Below are positions 47,855 to 57,485 of a stretch of DNA of 64,000 nucleotides, in pieces (positions within the stretch are counted from its first letter, which is position 1; every line of letters begins with the position of its first letter). The notes beneath the pieces are model-generated. The model worked only from the letters and a program-made list of their open reading frames with translations, did not search any database and had not been told where the DNA came from. The translations under genes and the position numbers were made by a program. Origin of the DNA: a virus (taxonomy: Duplodnaviria; Caudoviricetes). The stretch lies in the IMG/VR virus record IMGVR_UViG_3300025073_000989, one strand, 5' to 3'.

Positions 47855-48625
47855 ATGATAAATAACGAGTACCAAAGTGATAATAAAAAAGATTTTCCTA
47901 GACACTTACTAGGTAACTCAATTGAAGAAGCAGAAGAAAACTTTAATAAATTTTCTGAACTACTAAATAATATTGCTTACAGTTATTATTCTATAACTGG
48001 AATAGACAAAGGAGACTTATTTGCAGAAGCGGTGTTTGGATTGGCGCGAGCACTGCGGGATTTTGATGATAATAGAAGCAAGGATTTTGTTGTTTATGCT
48101 ATTTTTATAATAAAAGACGCTTTAAACGAGTACGTCAGGAATTATTATCAAATTTCAACACCATCATACCTTAGAAAAGCCGCAAATTTAGTAGAAAAAT
48201 TAAAAGCAATTTTTACGTCTAATAACATAGAAATAGATTGGAATAATTTAGATTATAGTTATATTGAAAACAGTTTACCAGACAGTCAGAGTATTCTCTG
48301 TAAGGAGCTATTAGCTAAATTAAATAATTATGCGGATAGAGCAAAAATAAAAGTTTCTGAGTTAATAACAAGAATACAGTTAATACCTAGGAGCTTTGAT
48401 TATGAACACAAGCACAACGAGATTGATCTTAATGAAAAAACAAATAACTCAATACTAGTAAAACAACTACTTGAGCAAATGTCTGTAGACGAGAAAAAAG
48501 TTGCAATTGGCATAATGCAGGATAAAACTTACCAAGAAATAGGAAAAACTTTAGGAAAATCTAATGCATGGGTATCAGATAAAATAAAAACTATGCAGAA
48601 AAAGTTCAAAAGAGACTGCTTGTAA
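47855..48625 (+). CDS. sigma70-family RNA polymerase sigma factor
   Basis: Region 2 DLFAEAVFGLARALRDFD...FVVYA; region 4 HTH TYQEIGKTLGKSNAWVS. Confidence 0.85.
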   Translation: MINNEYQSDNKKDFPRHLLGNSIEEAEENFNKFSELLNNIAYSYYSITGIDKGDLFAEAVFGLARALRDFDDNRSKDFVVYAIFIIKDALNEYVRNYYQISTPSYLRKAANLVEKLKAIFTSNNIEIDWNNLDYSYIENSLPDSQSILCKELLAKLNNYADRAKIKVSELITRIQLIPRSFDYEHKHNEIDLNEKTNNSILVKQLLEQMSVDEKKVAIGIMQDKTYQEIGKTLGKSNAWVSDKIKTMQKKFKRDCL

Positions 48626-49663
48626 ATATCGTGGTCGAGATAAAAAAATGTCCGTAAAAATAAAAATCGTTATTGTAGTACAAAGCATTTTTGCTAATTC
48701 TTAAATAAATTTCATTGAGACAGGCTACAGGTCAAACAAAAACCGTAAGCACAAGTAAATACAATAAGAGTTTAATATTTTTCTAAAACTTATATGTATA
48801 AAAGTTTATTTAAGGTTAACATACACCAAACAGTTTATAGTGTTAGAAAAATCCAGTAGTTTTTTCAAACTCGAACACATTTTTCTGAATATAAACCGTA
48901 TTATTTTAAATTGCTATAAAGCCTTTTTGGCATGCATAGAATTTTAAACAAATAATACAGGGATTACTAGTTCAATAAACAACGAAAAGAATTCAATGAT
49001 GTAGCATAGAATAGGCATAATGCAATTATTTAATACTGACACAACCAGGTTTAGCTGAATTTTCCATCAAACAAAACAATTCAGTAAAGCTATCGGAAGA
49101 TAGTTATAGCAATCAGTCGGCTGTAAGTTACAAAAAAAGACTGAGTCAGGGCATATTAAGTTTAAAATCTTTCTTAATATAAAAAAATCTTGACAGCAAG
49201 TAAAAAAAATTAACTACTAAAGTCAAATTAAATAATTAAAGAAAGTTCGAATCTTTCTCTTCAGATACGCAATTAACTTAAACGTGTTTATTGAGAACTG
49301 TTTGGAGTATAGTACAAACACCCTCACTTGGGTGGTTTACTATACTTTAAATCCAATTTTTGTTGGTTATATTACTTAAGAGTTCTGTAGACGAGACAGG
49401 TAGATATTAGCGGAATTCCTATAGTGTATATCTACATATAACTAACAAAGTTATAATAATACCATTCTGCATAGTTAGTCCTTCCTTCAAAATTATTAAC
49501 TATAGAGTGGATTTAAACTGGATAGTTTATCCAGTACATAAACCCAGAGAGCTTGTAGTTTTCACACACAACGGTAACTTTCTCATTCATGAGAACGGAT
49601 TTAAGCTACATCCGATAAAGAGCTCTCTATTTCTTTAATATTAAATTTAAGGGTAATAAAATA

Positions 49664-50050
49664 ATGGGATTAGAATTTTCTATTGACGAAGACGATGAGC
49701 TTGATAACAACGAAAACGAATATCTAGTTGATGAATCGGAGTCAGAAGTTGACTACGATAATGATGATGTAGATAATATAAATACAGATATGTACTCTAA
49801 TCTAAACACAGAAAAATCACTAACAGATATATTTGATAACGATGGTTCACTTTTTACATCAGTACAATTAGGATTAGCTTTAGGCTTGGCAGAAGAACTA
49901 GCACAAGACCAAGAAGATAGATATAGGCACATAGATACATTGAGTAAACGCAGTATTAAAGCAAGACAGTTGGATTTGGTTTCTATTAAAAAAGAAGACA
50001 GACCCACAAGAAAATTTGAAGCATACGTAAATAACCTGTTAAATCACTAA
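49664..50050 (+). CDS. acidic hypothetical protein
   Basis: D/E-rich N-terminus. Confidence 0.6.
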   Translation: MGLEFSIDEDDELDNNENEYLVDESESEVDYDNDDVDNINTDMYSNLNTEKSLTDIFDNDGSLFTSVQLGLALGLAEELAQDQEDRYRHIDTLSKRSIKARQLDLVSIKKEDRPTRKFEAYVNNLLNH

Positions 50051-50064
50051 TATGGATTCTAAAA

Positions 50065-50799
50065 ATGATATTCATAACTGGTAAAAAAGGGACCAAAGCC
50101 AAACTGACTATTTCTAGAAAAGCAGAAATACCGTTATATAAAAAAAGAAAACTTGATGCCATCTTAATAAACTACGGTTCTCCTAATTTAGACAGGTGTA
50201 TAAACGGAAACAATAAATTAGTAATTCTAAATAGACATGTTTCAAAAACCAAATATGCTGTTATAAAAGAAGCTGAAGCTGCTGGTATTCTAGTTCCGGA
50301 AAGCAGAATACAATTACTTAGAAATGCAAATCTAGATGATTGGATCGAAAAAAAACATCACTCTATAGGTGGAGTAGGTATCATTAAGGCTAGAAAACAT
50401 ACAAAAATAAACGGAAAATATTATCAACGGTTTATAAAAGATAGATTATATGAATTAAGGGTACATGCTTTTGCTTGGACTAAGAATTGGTATGTACAAA
50501 AAAGACTAGGAAGTAAAAAGGAAATAGCCTGGAATTATAGTAACGGTGGTAAATTTCAAAATGTACAAAATAAAATTGGGGTCTTTAAGGAAGCCATAGA
50601 AATAGCCAAAAAAGTATTGAAACTAAGAAATATGGCTTTCGGTGCCTTAGATTTTATTGTCGATAAGAACTTAAATATCTACTTTATAGAAGTAAATTCA
50701 GCTCCAGGCTTTACAGAATTTAGTGAACATATATACATAGAGGCATTTAAAGCGTTAAAGCAATTAAATAAAAAAGAATTATTAAAATTAGCTTCCTAA
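50065..50799 (+). CDS. ATP-grasp ligase (second copy)
   Basis: GGVG, ELRVH, AWN, FGALDF, EVNSAPG. Confidence 0.88.
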   Translation: MIFITGKKGTKAKLTISRKAEIPLYKKRKLDAILINYGSPNLDRCINGNNKLVILNRHVSKTKYAVIKEAEAAGILVPESRIQLLRNANLDDWIEKKHHSIGGVGIIKARKHTKINGKYYQRFIKDRLYELRVHAFAWTKNWYVQKRLGSKKEIAWNYSNGGKFQNVQNKIGVFKEAIEIAKKVLKLRNMAFGALDFIVDKNLNIYFIEVNSAPGFTEFSEHIYIEAFKALKQLNKKELLKLAS

Positions 50800-51159
50800 G
50801 AGCTAACAATGTAGTACCCCAAAGGCGAAGGTATTTATATTTGTATATAAATACTGTTGATTCTTTTGGACTGTATTGGTTCAGTAGCAGTGTTACATAC
50901 TATTGTTCCAAGGACGAGTGGGTAGGGGCGGGCATAGGAAGAATATAATAATTTTAGAAAAAGCAATAAGTAAATTGTGCGTAAAAAACAAGCTTCTTAC
51001 AAAGCTTTAAGTATACTATATCAATTTCAAATAGCGACAAAACTAACTTTATTATATGCTTCGGCTAATAGTACGGTAGAAATTCTACACATTGATGGAA
51101 AATTTCTACCGTACTTTAGCAATTTCAGTTGTAAACTAACGTAAAGGGATTTTAAAAAA

Positions 51160-51342
51160 ATGCCAATTTATGAGTACAAATGTGAAAGTTGTAATAACGT
51201 TTTTGAATGTAAATTTAGTATAAAAAGTGATTCAGCTACAACAATCTGCACAAAATGCAAAGGAATTGGAAAAAAAATACCGTCATTAGCTGCATTTCAT
51301 TTAAAGGGAAAAGGTTGGTATAAAGAACCACCAGCTAAATAG
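51160..51342 (+). CDS. FmdB-family zinc-ribbon protein
   Basis: MPIYEYKCESC...CTKC...F.LKGKGWY. Confidence 0.9.
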   Translation: MPIYEYKCESCNNVFECKFSIKSDSATTICTKCKGIGKKIPSLAAFHLKGKGWYKEPPAK

Positions 51343-51347
51343 TTATT

Positions 51348-51632
51348 TTAGCTAAAACTAACCACTTCTTCTTTTTTATTTAGAAAACCATAAAATACTG
51401 GGAAAAACCCCAAAAAAGAGAGAGCTATTAGGTATTCAACTCCTTTAATATGAGTATAAAAATCTGAAAAAGTATTAAAATCTCTAATAAGACCAATAGA
51501 CACTAGATATTGTCTTATAAACTCAGACATACTCCAGTCAACCACGGCCAATCCAGACAGGATTGATGTAGCTGCCCATATACCTGCGATACTTCCAACA
51601 AAAATAGAACTATTAGTAAGTAATTTCTTCAT
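51348..51632 (-). CDS. small membrane protein (C-terminal part HmcD-like)
   Basis: GSIAGIWAATS TM segment; DFYTHIKGVEYLI...F resembles HmcD-like peptides of sulfate reducers as recalled. Confidence 0.6.
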   Translation of the reverse strand: MKKLLTNSSIFVGSIAGIWAATSILSGLAVVDWSMSEFIRQYLVSIGLIRDFNTFSDFYTHIKGVEYLIALSFLGFFPVFYGFLNKKEEVVSFS

Positions 51633-51644
51633 TTCATTACCCCC

Positions 51645-51857
51645 TTACATTCCAGTAAAAGCTGTTATTAAATTTTTAGATATATTTTCTGACATTACTA
51701 AACCATTAATTAAACAAACAACTCCCCAAGCCCCAACAAGAGTAGACAGGGCCATAATAATTCTAATTCCAAATGTCGAGTTACCGACATCAAAAGTTAT
51801 ATTTTCTCGTTCTAAGGTAGAACTACAATTAATAACAGCTTTAGTAATTTCATACAT
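51645..51857 (-). CDS. small membrane protein (GxW family)
   Basis: STLVGAWGVVCLINGL...FTGM; ATG at 51857 after GGAGG. Confidence 0.65.
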   Translation of the reverse strand: MYEITKAVINCSSTLERENITFDVGNSTFGIRIIMALSTLVGAWGVVCLINGLVMSENISKNLITAFTGM

Positions 51858-51861
51858 GTTA

Positions 51862-52014
51862 TTAGCCTCCAATGAAATAAGAGATAAGCATTGATACGGC
51901 TGCCCAAATTCCAGCTAAAGCCGAGATTGCCATTATGGCACCAAAACAAACTTCCGTAACACCAGTTTCTTTTTTTTCTTCTAAAATAATATTTTCAGCA
52001 GTTGCAGTCTTCAT
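51862..52014 (-). CDS. small membrane protein (50 aa, GxW family)
   Basis: Read manually: MKTATAENIILEEKKETGVTEVCFGAIMAISALAGIWAAVSMLISYFIGG; RBS GGAGG. Confidence 0.7.
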   Translation of the reverse strand: MKTATAENIILEEKKETGVTEVCFGAIMAISALAGIWAAVSMLISYFIGG

Positions 52015-52054
52015 AAAGAGATCCTCCAATATTGATTAATCTTACTTAAATATA

Positions 52055-52070
52055 AGCAAAGAACGTGCCA
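52055..52070 (-). promoter_or_regulatory. sigma54 (-24/-12) promoter
   Basis: Minus strand TGGCACG-TTCT-TTGCT, an exact consensus match ~40 bp upstream of the 52014 ATG. Confidence 0.85.
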
Positions 52071-52154
52071 ACGTGAAATAAAAATATAATTACTAATATT
52101 TATTGATATATATATATCTATATACTAATTATAATATAAAATGTAAAAAATTAA

Positions 52155-52203
52155 ACTACATAAATGTAACTACATAAATGTAGTTTTACCACACAAATGT
52201 AGT
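52155..52203. promoter_or_regulatory. three palindromic repeats ACTACATAAATGTAGT, probable enhancer (UAS) sites
   Basis: Copies at 52155, 52169 and 52188, ~85-135 bp upstream of the -24 box, separated from it by an AT-rich tract. Confidence 0.65.
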
Positions 52204-52231
52204 AAAAAATCGGTACTAAGAAGAGGGTTTT

Positions 52232-52411
52232 ATGGAAAAGATTAAATATGTATGTTCAAAATGTAAATCAGAAAATATAGGCTGGGATGCTTGGGCTAAG
52301 TGGAACATAGAAAAACAAAAAGAAGAAATTAGAAATGTCTTTGACCAAGCATATCGTTTTAGTTGCGACGGGGAAACTAAACTAGAAAAGAAGGAAATAA
52401 ATCATGAATAA
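52232..52411 (+). CDS. small Zn-ribbon-like protein (59 aa)
   Basis: Read manually: MEKIKYVCSKCKSENIGWDAWAKWN... Confidence 0.55.
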   Translation: MEKIKYVCSKCKSENIGWDAWAKWNIEKQKEEIRNVFDQAYRFSCDGETKLEKKEINHE

Positions 52412-52979
52412 ACAAATTCTCATTGTAAATATTCATTCAATATTAGATATAATAACCAACTCAAGCAGTGAGTTGTTTGTTTGCGACACAAAAAAGAGCC
52501 TAAAATTCATTAAACAGTTTTTAATGGATGCATTGGCTTTATATTGTAGAGGCATAGAACAACCTAGAGAATTTGAAGATTGTTTTGGTGATATATATAA
52601 AATTACAGAAAAAAACGTAGACGAAGTTATTAATATAGCTGTAGTAGACTATTTATACTATCATTGGCGTTGGCATGCTCTAGGTATAGCACTACTAAAG
52701 GGTGCTTATGATTTTGAACAAGAGTATAAAACAAAATACAATTTAGTTGAAAGATATCCATACGCAGAAAGTGAACAGCACAACGATAGGATTAGAAAAA
52801 AAGTAAAAACAGCATACAAAGTCTATTTAAGAGATTGGAAAATAAATAATCTAGACAAACTTAGAAAACAACTTATAGGATCAATATTAATCCCTAGCCG
52901 TAAGACTAACAGTATTCCATATCCGCTTTTTAATTTAATAGAGACGGTTTTTAATGCAGGTAGAGTACACTTAGGTTAA
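52404..52979 (+). CDS. phage protein with N-terminal DIITNSSSE motif
   Basis: SILDIITNSSSELFV. Confidence 0.65.
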   Translation: MNKQILIVNIHSILDIITNSSSELFVCDTKKSLKFIKQFLMDALALYCRGIEQPREFEDCFGDIYKITEKNVDEVINIAVVDYLYYHWRWHALGIALLKGAYDFEQEYKTKYNLVERYPYAESEQHNDRIRKKVKTAYKVYLRDWKINNLDKLRKQLIGSILIPSRKTNSIPYPLFNLIETVFNAGRVHLG

Positions 52980-52982
52980 AAA

Positions 52983-53867
52983 ATGATAAACTATAGAATA
53001 AGAGAGTTCAAAGAACACAACTATAAAGCTATTTTTAATAGTAAAACTGGACAAACTATGAGGATAGCGATTGACCCAACTAAACCTATTACTAGACTTA
53101 AATGGCCAGAAATAGTAGATATAAGTTTAGGAACAAAGTGCTTTGGTAATTGCCCGTATTGCTACACCAGTGCAACTAGTAATGGTATTTTGTACGATGA
53201 TGTTATTTTTAAAATAGATGGTTGGTTTGGGCATATGGATACAAATGAACGTCCGTTTCAAGTTGCACTTGGCGGAGGAGGAGAGCCAACACTACATCCT
53301 GATTTTTGTAAAGTGCTGAGGATCTTCAAAGAATTACTGATAGTACCAAACTATACCACTAATACCATGCATTTAACCGAAGAAATTATCAATACAACCA
53401 AAGAAGTTTGTGGGGGCGTAGCGATATCATGCCACCCACACTTAGAGAATGTGTGGAGAAGAGGAATAAAGCTTCTTACTGAATCAGGAATAAGAACTAA
53501 TCTACACATAATGGTAGGAGAACCGTACAGTACTGAAAGGTTTTGGAGATTATTTAGTGAATATAGTAGTTTAATCGACTATTTTGTACTTTTACCATAT
53601 CAAAGTATGGGCCGAGCAAAACAAGTTAACACAGAAGCAGAGCTAACCAAGCTATTTGACTCTTTTTTAAGTAATCTTCCAGAAAACGTGGCTTTTGGTG
53701 CTTTGTTGTACCCGTTTTTATTATCAACAGAAAATAAATATAAAAAACTTAATATATCATTATATGAACCAGAGATCGTTAGCAGCTATCTTATGTTAGA
53801 TAACGACATTTGCTTTAGGAAATCTTCATTTGATTTAGAAAGGTTATGGAAGGAAGGAGAACAGTAA
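52983..53867 (+). CDS. radical SAM protein
   Basis: CFGNCPYC (CX3CX2C), GGGEPTLHP, NYTTN. Confidence 0.92.
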   Translation: MINYRIREFKEHNYKAIFNSKTGQTMRIAIDPTKPITRLKWPEIVDISLGTKCFGNCPYCYTSATSNGILYDDVIFKIDGWFGHMDTNERPFQVALGGGGEPTLHPDFCKVLRIFKELLIVPNYTTNTMHLTEEIINTTKEVCGGVAISCHPHLENVWRRGIKLLTESGIRTNLHIMVGEPYSTERFWRLFSEYSSLIDYFVLLPYQSMGRAKQVNTEAELTKLFDSFLSNLPENVAFGALLYPFLLSTENKYKKLNISLYEPEIVSSYLMLDNDICFRKSSFDLERLWKEGEQ

Positions 53868-53868
53868 C

Positions 53869-54210
53869 ATGGAAAACTTTGAAACAATATATATATCCCC
53901 GGACGAATTAGAAAGTATTAGTTTTAATAATAAACAAAAAAAAGAAATAGCAAAACCAAAGAATTTAAAATGTGATGGAATAGACTTATGGCAGACTCCA
54001 ACATATATAACCTATATGTGTTATTCTAACGGCGATGGAGGTAGTAAAGGAATACTATATAGATACATGGAATGGGTAAAATCATTTCTAAATAGGGCAT
54101 GGAGTACGGAAGAAGGAAAAAATAGAGATCAGTTGCCGGCAAAAAAACATTTAGCTGAACTTAATAAATGGTTATCCCGCACTGAAGAATTACATTTTTA
54201 TATAATGTAG
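53869..54210 (+). CDS. hypothetical protein
   Basis: ORF track; LWQTPT motif. Confidence 0.55.
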   Translation: MENFETIYISPDELESISFNNKQKKEIAKPKNLKCDGIDLWQTPTYITYMCYSNGDGGSKGILYRYMEWVKSFLNRAWSTEEGKNRDQLPAKKHLAELNKWLSRTEELHFYIM

Positions 54211-54225
54211 AGCGAGGACTAAGCA

Positions 54226-55512
54226 ATGTATAAAGCTATAGTTTGTAGTATAAAGACAATGCAGCACCCAAATGCCATCAACATCCAGCTAGGTTTAGCC
54301 GGTAACTACCAAGTAGTAATTGGAAAAAATGTAGTCGATGGTGAGTTAGGTGTTTATTTTGGATCCGATGGGCAATTAAGTGAAGCTTTTGCGTTAGCAA
54401 ATGATTTAGTAGAGCGTGTTGATGAGAATGGTAAAAGGGCTGGCGGCTACTTTGGAAAAACAAGGAGAGTAAAAGCTCAGCACTTTAGAGGAGAAAAATC
54501 AGAAGGATTTTGGTGTCCTATTTCATATTTTGCTTTTACTGGTTATGATCTTACTACTTTAAAAGAAGGCGACCAGTTTGATTCCCTTAATGATGTTCCT
54601 ATCTGTAATAAATATTTTACGTCGGCGACAATTCGTGCTATGGGCAATAAGGCTGGTAAACTGAGAAAGAAAAATCCATATTTTCTAGAACACACCGAAA
54701 CTAAACAACTTAAGCATGAAATTAGACACATTCCAGTCGGAGTGCAGCTGTCAATAAGTGAAAAAGTACATGGAACCAGTCAACGTAGTGCAAATGTTCC
54801 GGACGAAAAAGAAATAAAGTTAAATACTTTTCAACGAATTTGTAGATTTCTGGCAGGAGAAGGTTTTTCTGACACACGGATTGAATCCAAGTTTGGTACT
54901 TTTCTAGGTACTAGAAAATGTGTTTTAAAAAGCTTGGATCATCCGTCATATTATGAAAACGAAACTTTTCGTGTAAACGCTGCTCGGCCATTTGAAGGCA
55001 AACTTCGCAAATGGGAGGAGATTTTTTATGAGGTAGTTGGTTTTACAACCACTGGTAAAGAAATAATGACTCCACAAGCCACAGAGAAGCTCAAGGATAA
55101 ACGATTGAGTAAACAGTATGGCTCCCATATGGTTTATAAGTATGGCTGCTTACAGGGCACGTGTGACGTTTATGTATATCGTATAGCAATAATTAATGGT
55201 GATGGTATTGCGTTTGATTTACCTCTTGAGCAAGTAAAAGAAAGATGCAAAGAACTTGGGGTTAAATATGTCCCTGAATTATATGAACAGTTTATCTACG
55301 ACGGCGATTCAGAAAAGCTACTCAACTTTGTAACCCCACTTATGGAAGGCTCAAGTACGATAGACCAATCCCACATAAGAGAAGGCTGTGTGGTAAGGGT
55401 AGAACACTCAGGCGGAGTAGATTTTTATAAAGCCAAATCACATACTTTCGGTTTATTAGAGGGTTATGCTAAGGAAGACGAAAGCTTCGTAGACACTGAG
55501 GAGATAGCATAA
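54226..55512 (+). CDS. RNA ligase, DRB0094-like family (N-terminal OB domain + nucleotidyltransferase)
   Basis: HPNA..I.LG, FRGEKSEGF, SEKVHGTS (motif I), EVVG, REGCVV, YKAKS. Confidence 0.85.
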   Translation: MYKAIVCSIKTMQHPNAINIQLGLAGNYQVVIGKNVVDGELGVYFGSDGQLSEAFALANDLVERVDENGKRAGGYFGKTRRVKAQHFRGEKSEGFWCPISYFAFTGYDLTTLKEGDQFDSLNDVPICNKYFTSATIRAMGNKAGKLRKKNPYFLEHTETKQLKHEIRHIPVGVQLSISEKVHGTSQRSANVPDEKEIKLNTFQRICRFLAGEGFSDTRIESKFGTFLGTRKCVLKSLDHPSYYENETFRVNAARPFEGKLRKWEEIFYEVVGFTTTGKEIMTPQATEKLKDKRLSKQYGSHMVYKYGCLQGTCDVYVYRIAIINGDGIAFDLPLEQVKERCKELGVKYVPELYEQFIYDGDSEKLLNFVTPLMEGSSTIDQSHIREGCVVRVEHSGGVDFYKAKSHTFGLLEGYAKEDESFVDTEEIA

Positions 55513-55841
55513 TGACAATATTAGATAAAGTACTTCCATTTCTTACTGGAGTTAAACCAAACTATACTGAAATTATAAAGATTGGAAAAAAAGACTATAC
55601 TAAAATTAACTGTGCAACAATATACATACAATTATCTTATGGTGAGCCTTATATCCTGTTTAATAAAAACATAACCACAAAAGAAGAATTACTCAAAGCA
55701 TGGGTAGAATTTTATAAATGGTGGTTTGAAGAAAATTCTCCTCAGTATATGTTTAAGTACAAAGACGGAGAAACTATGGTTTTAAGAAGTGCTATTATTT
55801 CTTTTACAATAAAATTAGAAGATCACTTAGTAGAGGTTTAG
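55512..55841 (+). CDS. hypothetical protein
   Basis: ORF track. Confidence 0.55.
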   Translation: MTILDKVLPFLTGVKPNYTEIIKIGKKDYTKINCATIYIQLSYGEPYILFNKNITTKEELLKAWVEFYKWWFEENSPQYMFKYKDGETMVLRSAIISFTIKLEDHLVEV

Positions 55842-55843
55842 AT

Positions 55844-56566
55844 ATGTATAATAAACCTTGGCCGTTCAAGGATCGCTGTAATGAATTAGGTGATTTACTT
55901 TATTGTCTGTATATTGCTGAAGAACAGCGAAAGGAAAAGGGCGAAGACTTTACTGGCATGGGAGATTTAATGCTTGAGTGGGCCAAAAGTAGATTTTATA
56001 GTCTTTTAGTTAGAGACCATATTCCTATTTTTCTTGAAGTTTGGAAAGTATTATCAGAAAAAGGACACACTTCAGAAGAAAACTGCTATACTTTTAATGA
56101 CTTAGATATGCATATTTGGATAGAGAAAGTTAAAAACCCAAAAGATAAAAAAGTACTAGTTGGTAGAAATAGTAGCATATGTAGAGATGATAATACATAC
56201 TTGTATATTCTTTCTAGCGTCTACTATGCTGATTTAATGGAATTTAAATGTCGAACTGTTTGGCCCAAACAAAATAAAAATGGCGGTTACAGAGTAACAA
56301 TAACCGAAAAAAATCCTACAGGGTGGTTTTCTTGGGGCGATGATAGAGACATAAAAACCCCATCACTTAAAACATACCAAGAACGAGATTTTGAATTTAG
56401 TTATGGAGATTGTAGAGATAAAGGCCATATTTTTTCTTATGAAAATTGTTTCGGTAAACATAACCTTGATAAACCGACTTGGCATGAAAATGAAATTATA
56501 CATGCATTAAAAGAATTAGTTTATTACCATAACACACTCAAAGATTATGAGGGAAATAAAGAATGA
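55844..56566 (+). CDS. hypothetical protein
   Basis: ORF track. Confidence 0.6.
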   Translation: MYNKPWPFKDRCNELGDLLYCLYIAEEQRKEKGEDFTGMGDLMLEWAKSRFYSLLVRDHIPIFLEVWKVLSEKGHTSEENCYTFNDLDMHIWIEKVKNPKDKKVLVGRNSSICRDDNTYLYILSSVYYADLMEFKCRTVWPKQNKNGGYRVTITEKNPTGWFSWGDDRDIKTPSLKTYQERDFEFSYGDCRDKGHIFSYENCFGKHNLDKPTWHENEIIHALKELVYYHNTLKDYEGNKE

Positions 56567-56849
56567 AATTGAAAAGGAAATTTTGTAAAAAACAAAAGTA
56601 CAGTTTAAAGCCTGGGAAAGGGACAATAACACGGGAACAAGCAAAAGAAGCTTGTAAGATTGTGAAGTAGAAATATGATCACTTACCTAAAAAGATGATT
56701 AGAGGTAAAAATATACTAGAAAAAACTAAGTGGGGATCATATATAGACCCTAATGAAGAAAGTAGCTACGCACAACAAAAGAATGCTTTAAGATATGAAC
56801 AAGCTATAAAATATGGGTACAAACCTGTAAAAAATGGATAATAATATAA

Positions 56850-57485
56850 ATGTACTATAAATATCCAAGAACTTTCCACTTACCATGGAGTCCTGGTGCC
56901 ACCAGTGATGATAAAATATTAAAAGACACAAAACATTTTGAAGATCAGTATGTGGTAGTATCGGAAAAGCGTGATGGTGAATGCACTACTATTTATCCAG
57001 ATAAAGTTCATGCTCGCTCTATAGATTCAAAAGATCATCCATCTAGACATAGATTAAAACAACTACAAGCTGAAATAGGGCATTTAATCCCTCAAGGTTT
57101 TAGAATTTGTGGAGAAAATCTTTTTGCTAAACATTCTATTTATTACACAGATTTAACAAGTTACTTCGAAGTATTTTCTATTTGGGAAGATGATGAGGAC
57201 GGTAACGTCTGTTTATCTTACGACGAAACTATAGAATGGTGTAATCTATTAGGACTTACTCATGTCCCAGTTATTATGCAAGGGCCTTGGGAAGAAATAA
57301 TGCCTAAACTATTAAATTTACCTCTTAACTTTTCCAAACAAGAAGGTTATGTTGTAAGAAACTCTTTTCGTTTTATGTATGAATCTTTTCATAAAAACGT
57401 GGCCAAGTATGTCCGGTCCTCACATGTTCAAACAAGCGACCATTGGATGAATCAACAATTAGTACCTAATAGGCTAAAGAAATGA
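56850..57485 (+). CDS. RNA ligase family protein (Rnl2-like nucleotidyltransferase domain)
   Basis: KYPRTFHLPWSPG, SEKRDGE (motif I), CGENL, EGYVVR, AKYVR. Confidence 0.88.
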   Translation: MYYKYPRTFHLPWSPGATSDDKILKDTKHFEDQYVVVSEKRDGECTTIYPDKVHARSIDSKDHPSRHRLKQLQAEIGHLIPQGFRICGENLFAKHSIYYTDLTSYFEVFSIWEDDEDGNVCLSYDETIEWCNLLGLTHVPVIMQGPWEEIMPKLLNLPLNFSKQEGYVVRNSFRFMYESFHKNVAKYVRSSHVQTSDHWMNQQLVPNRLKK

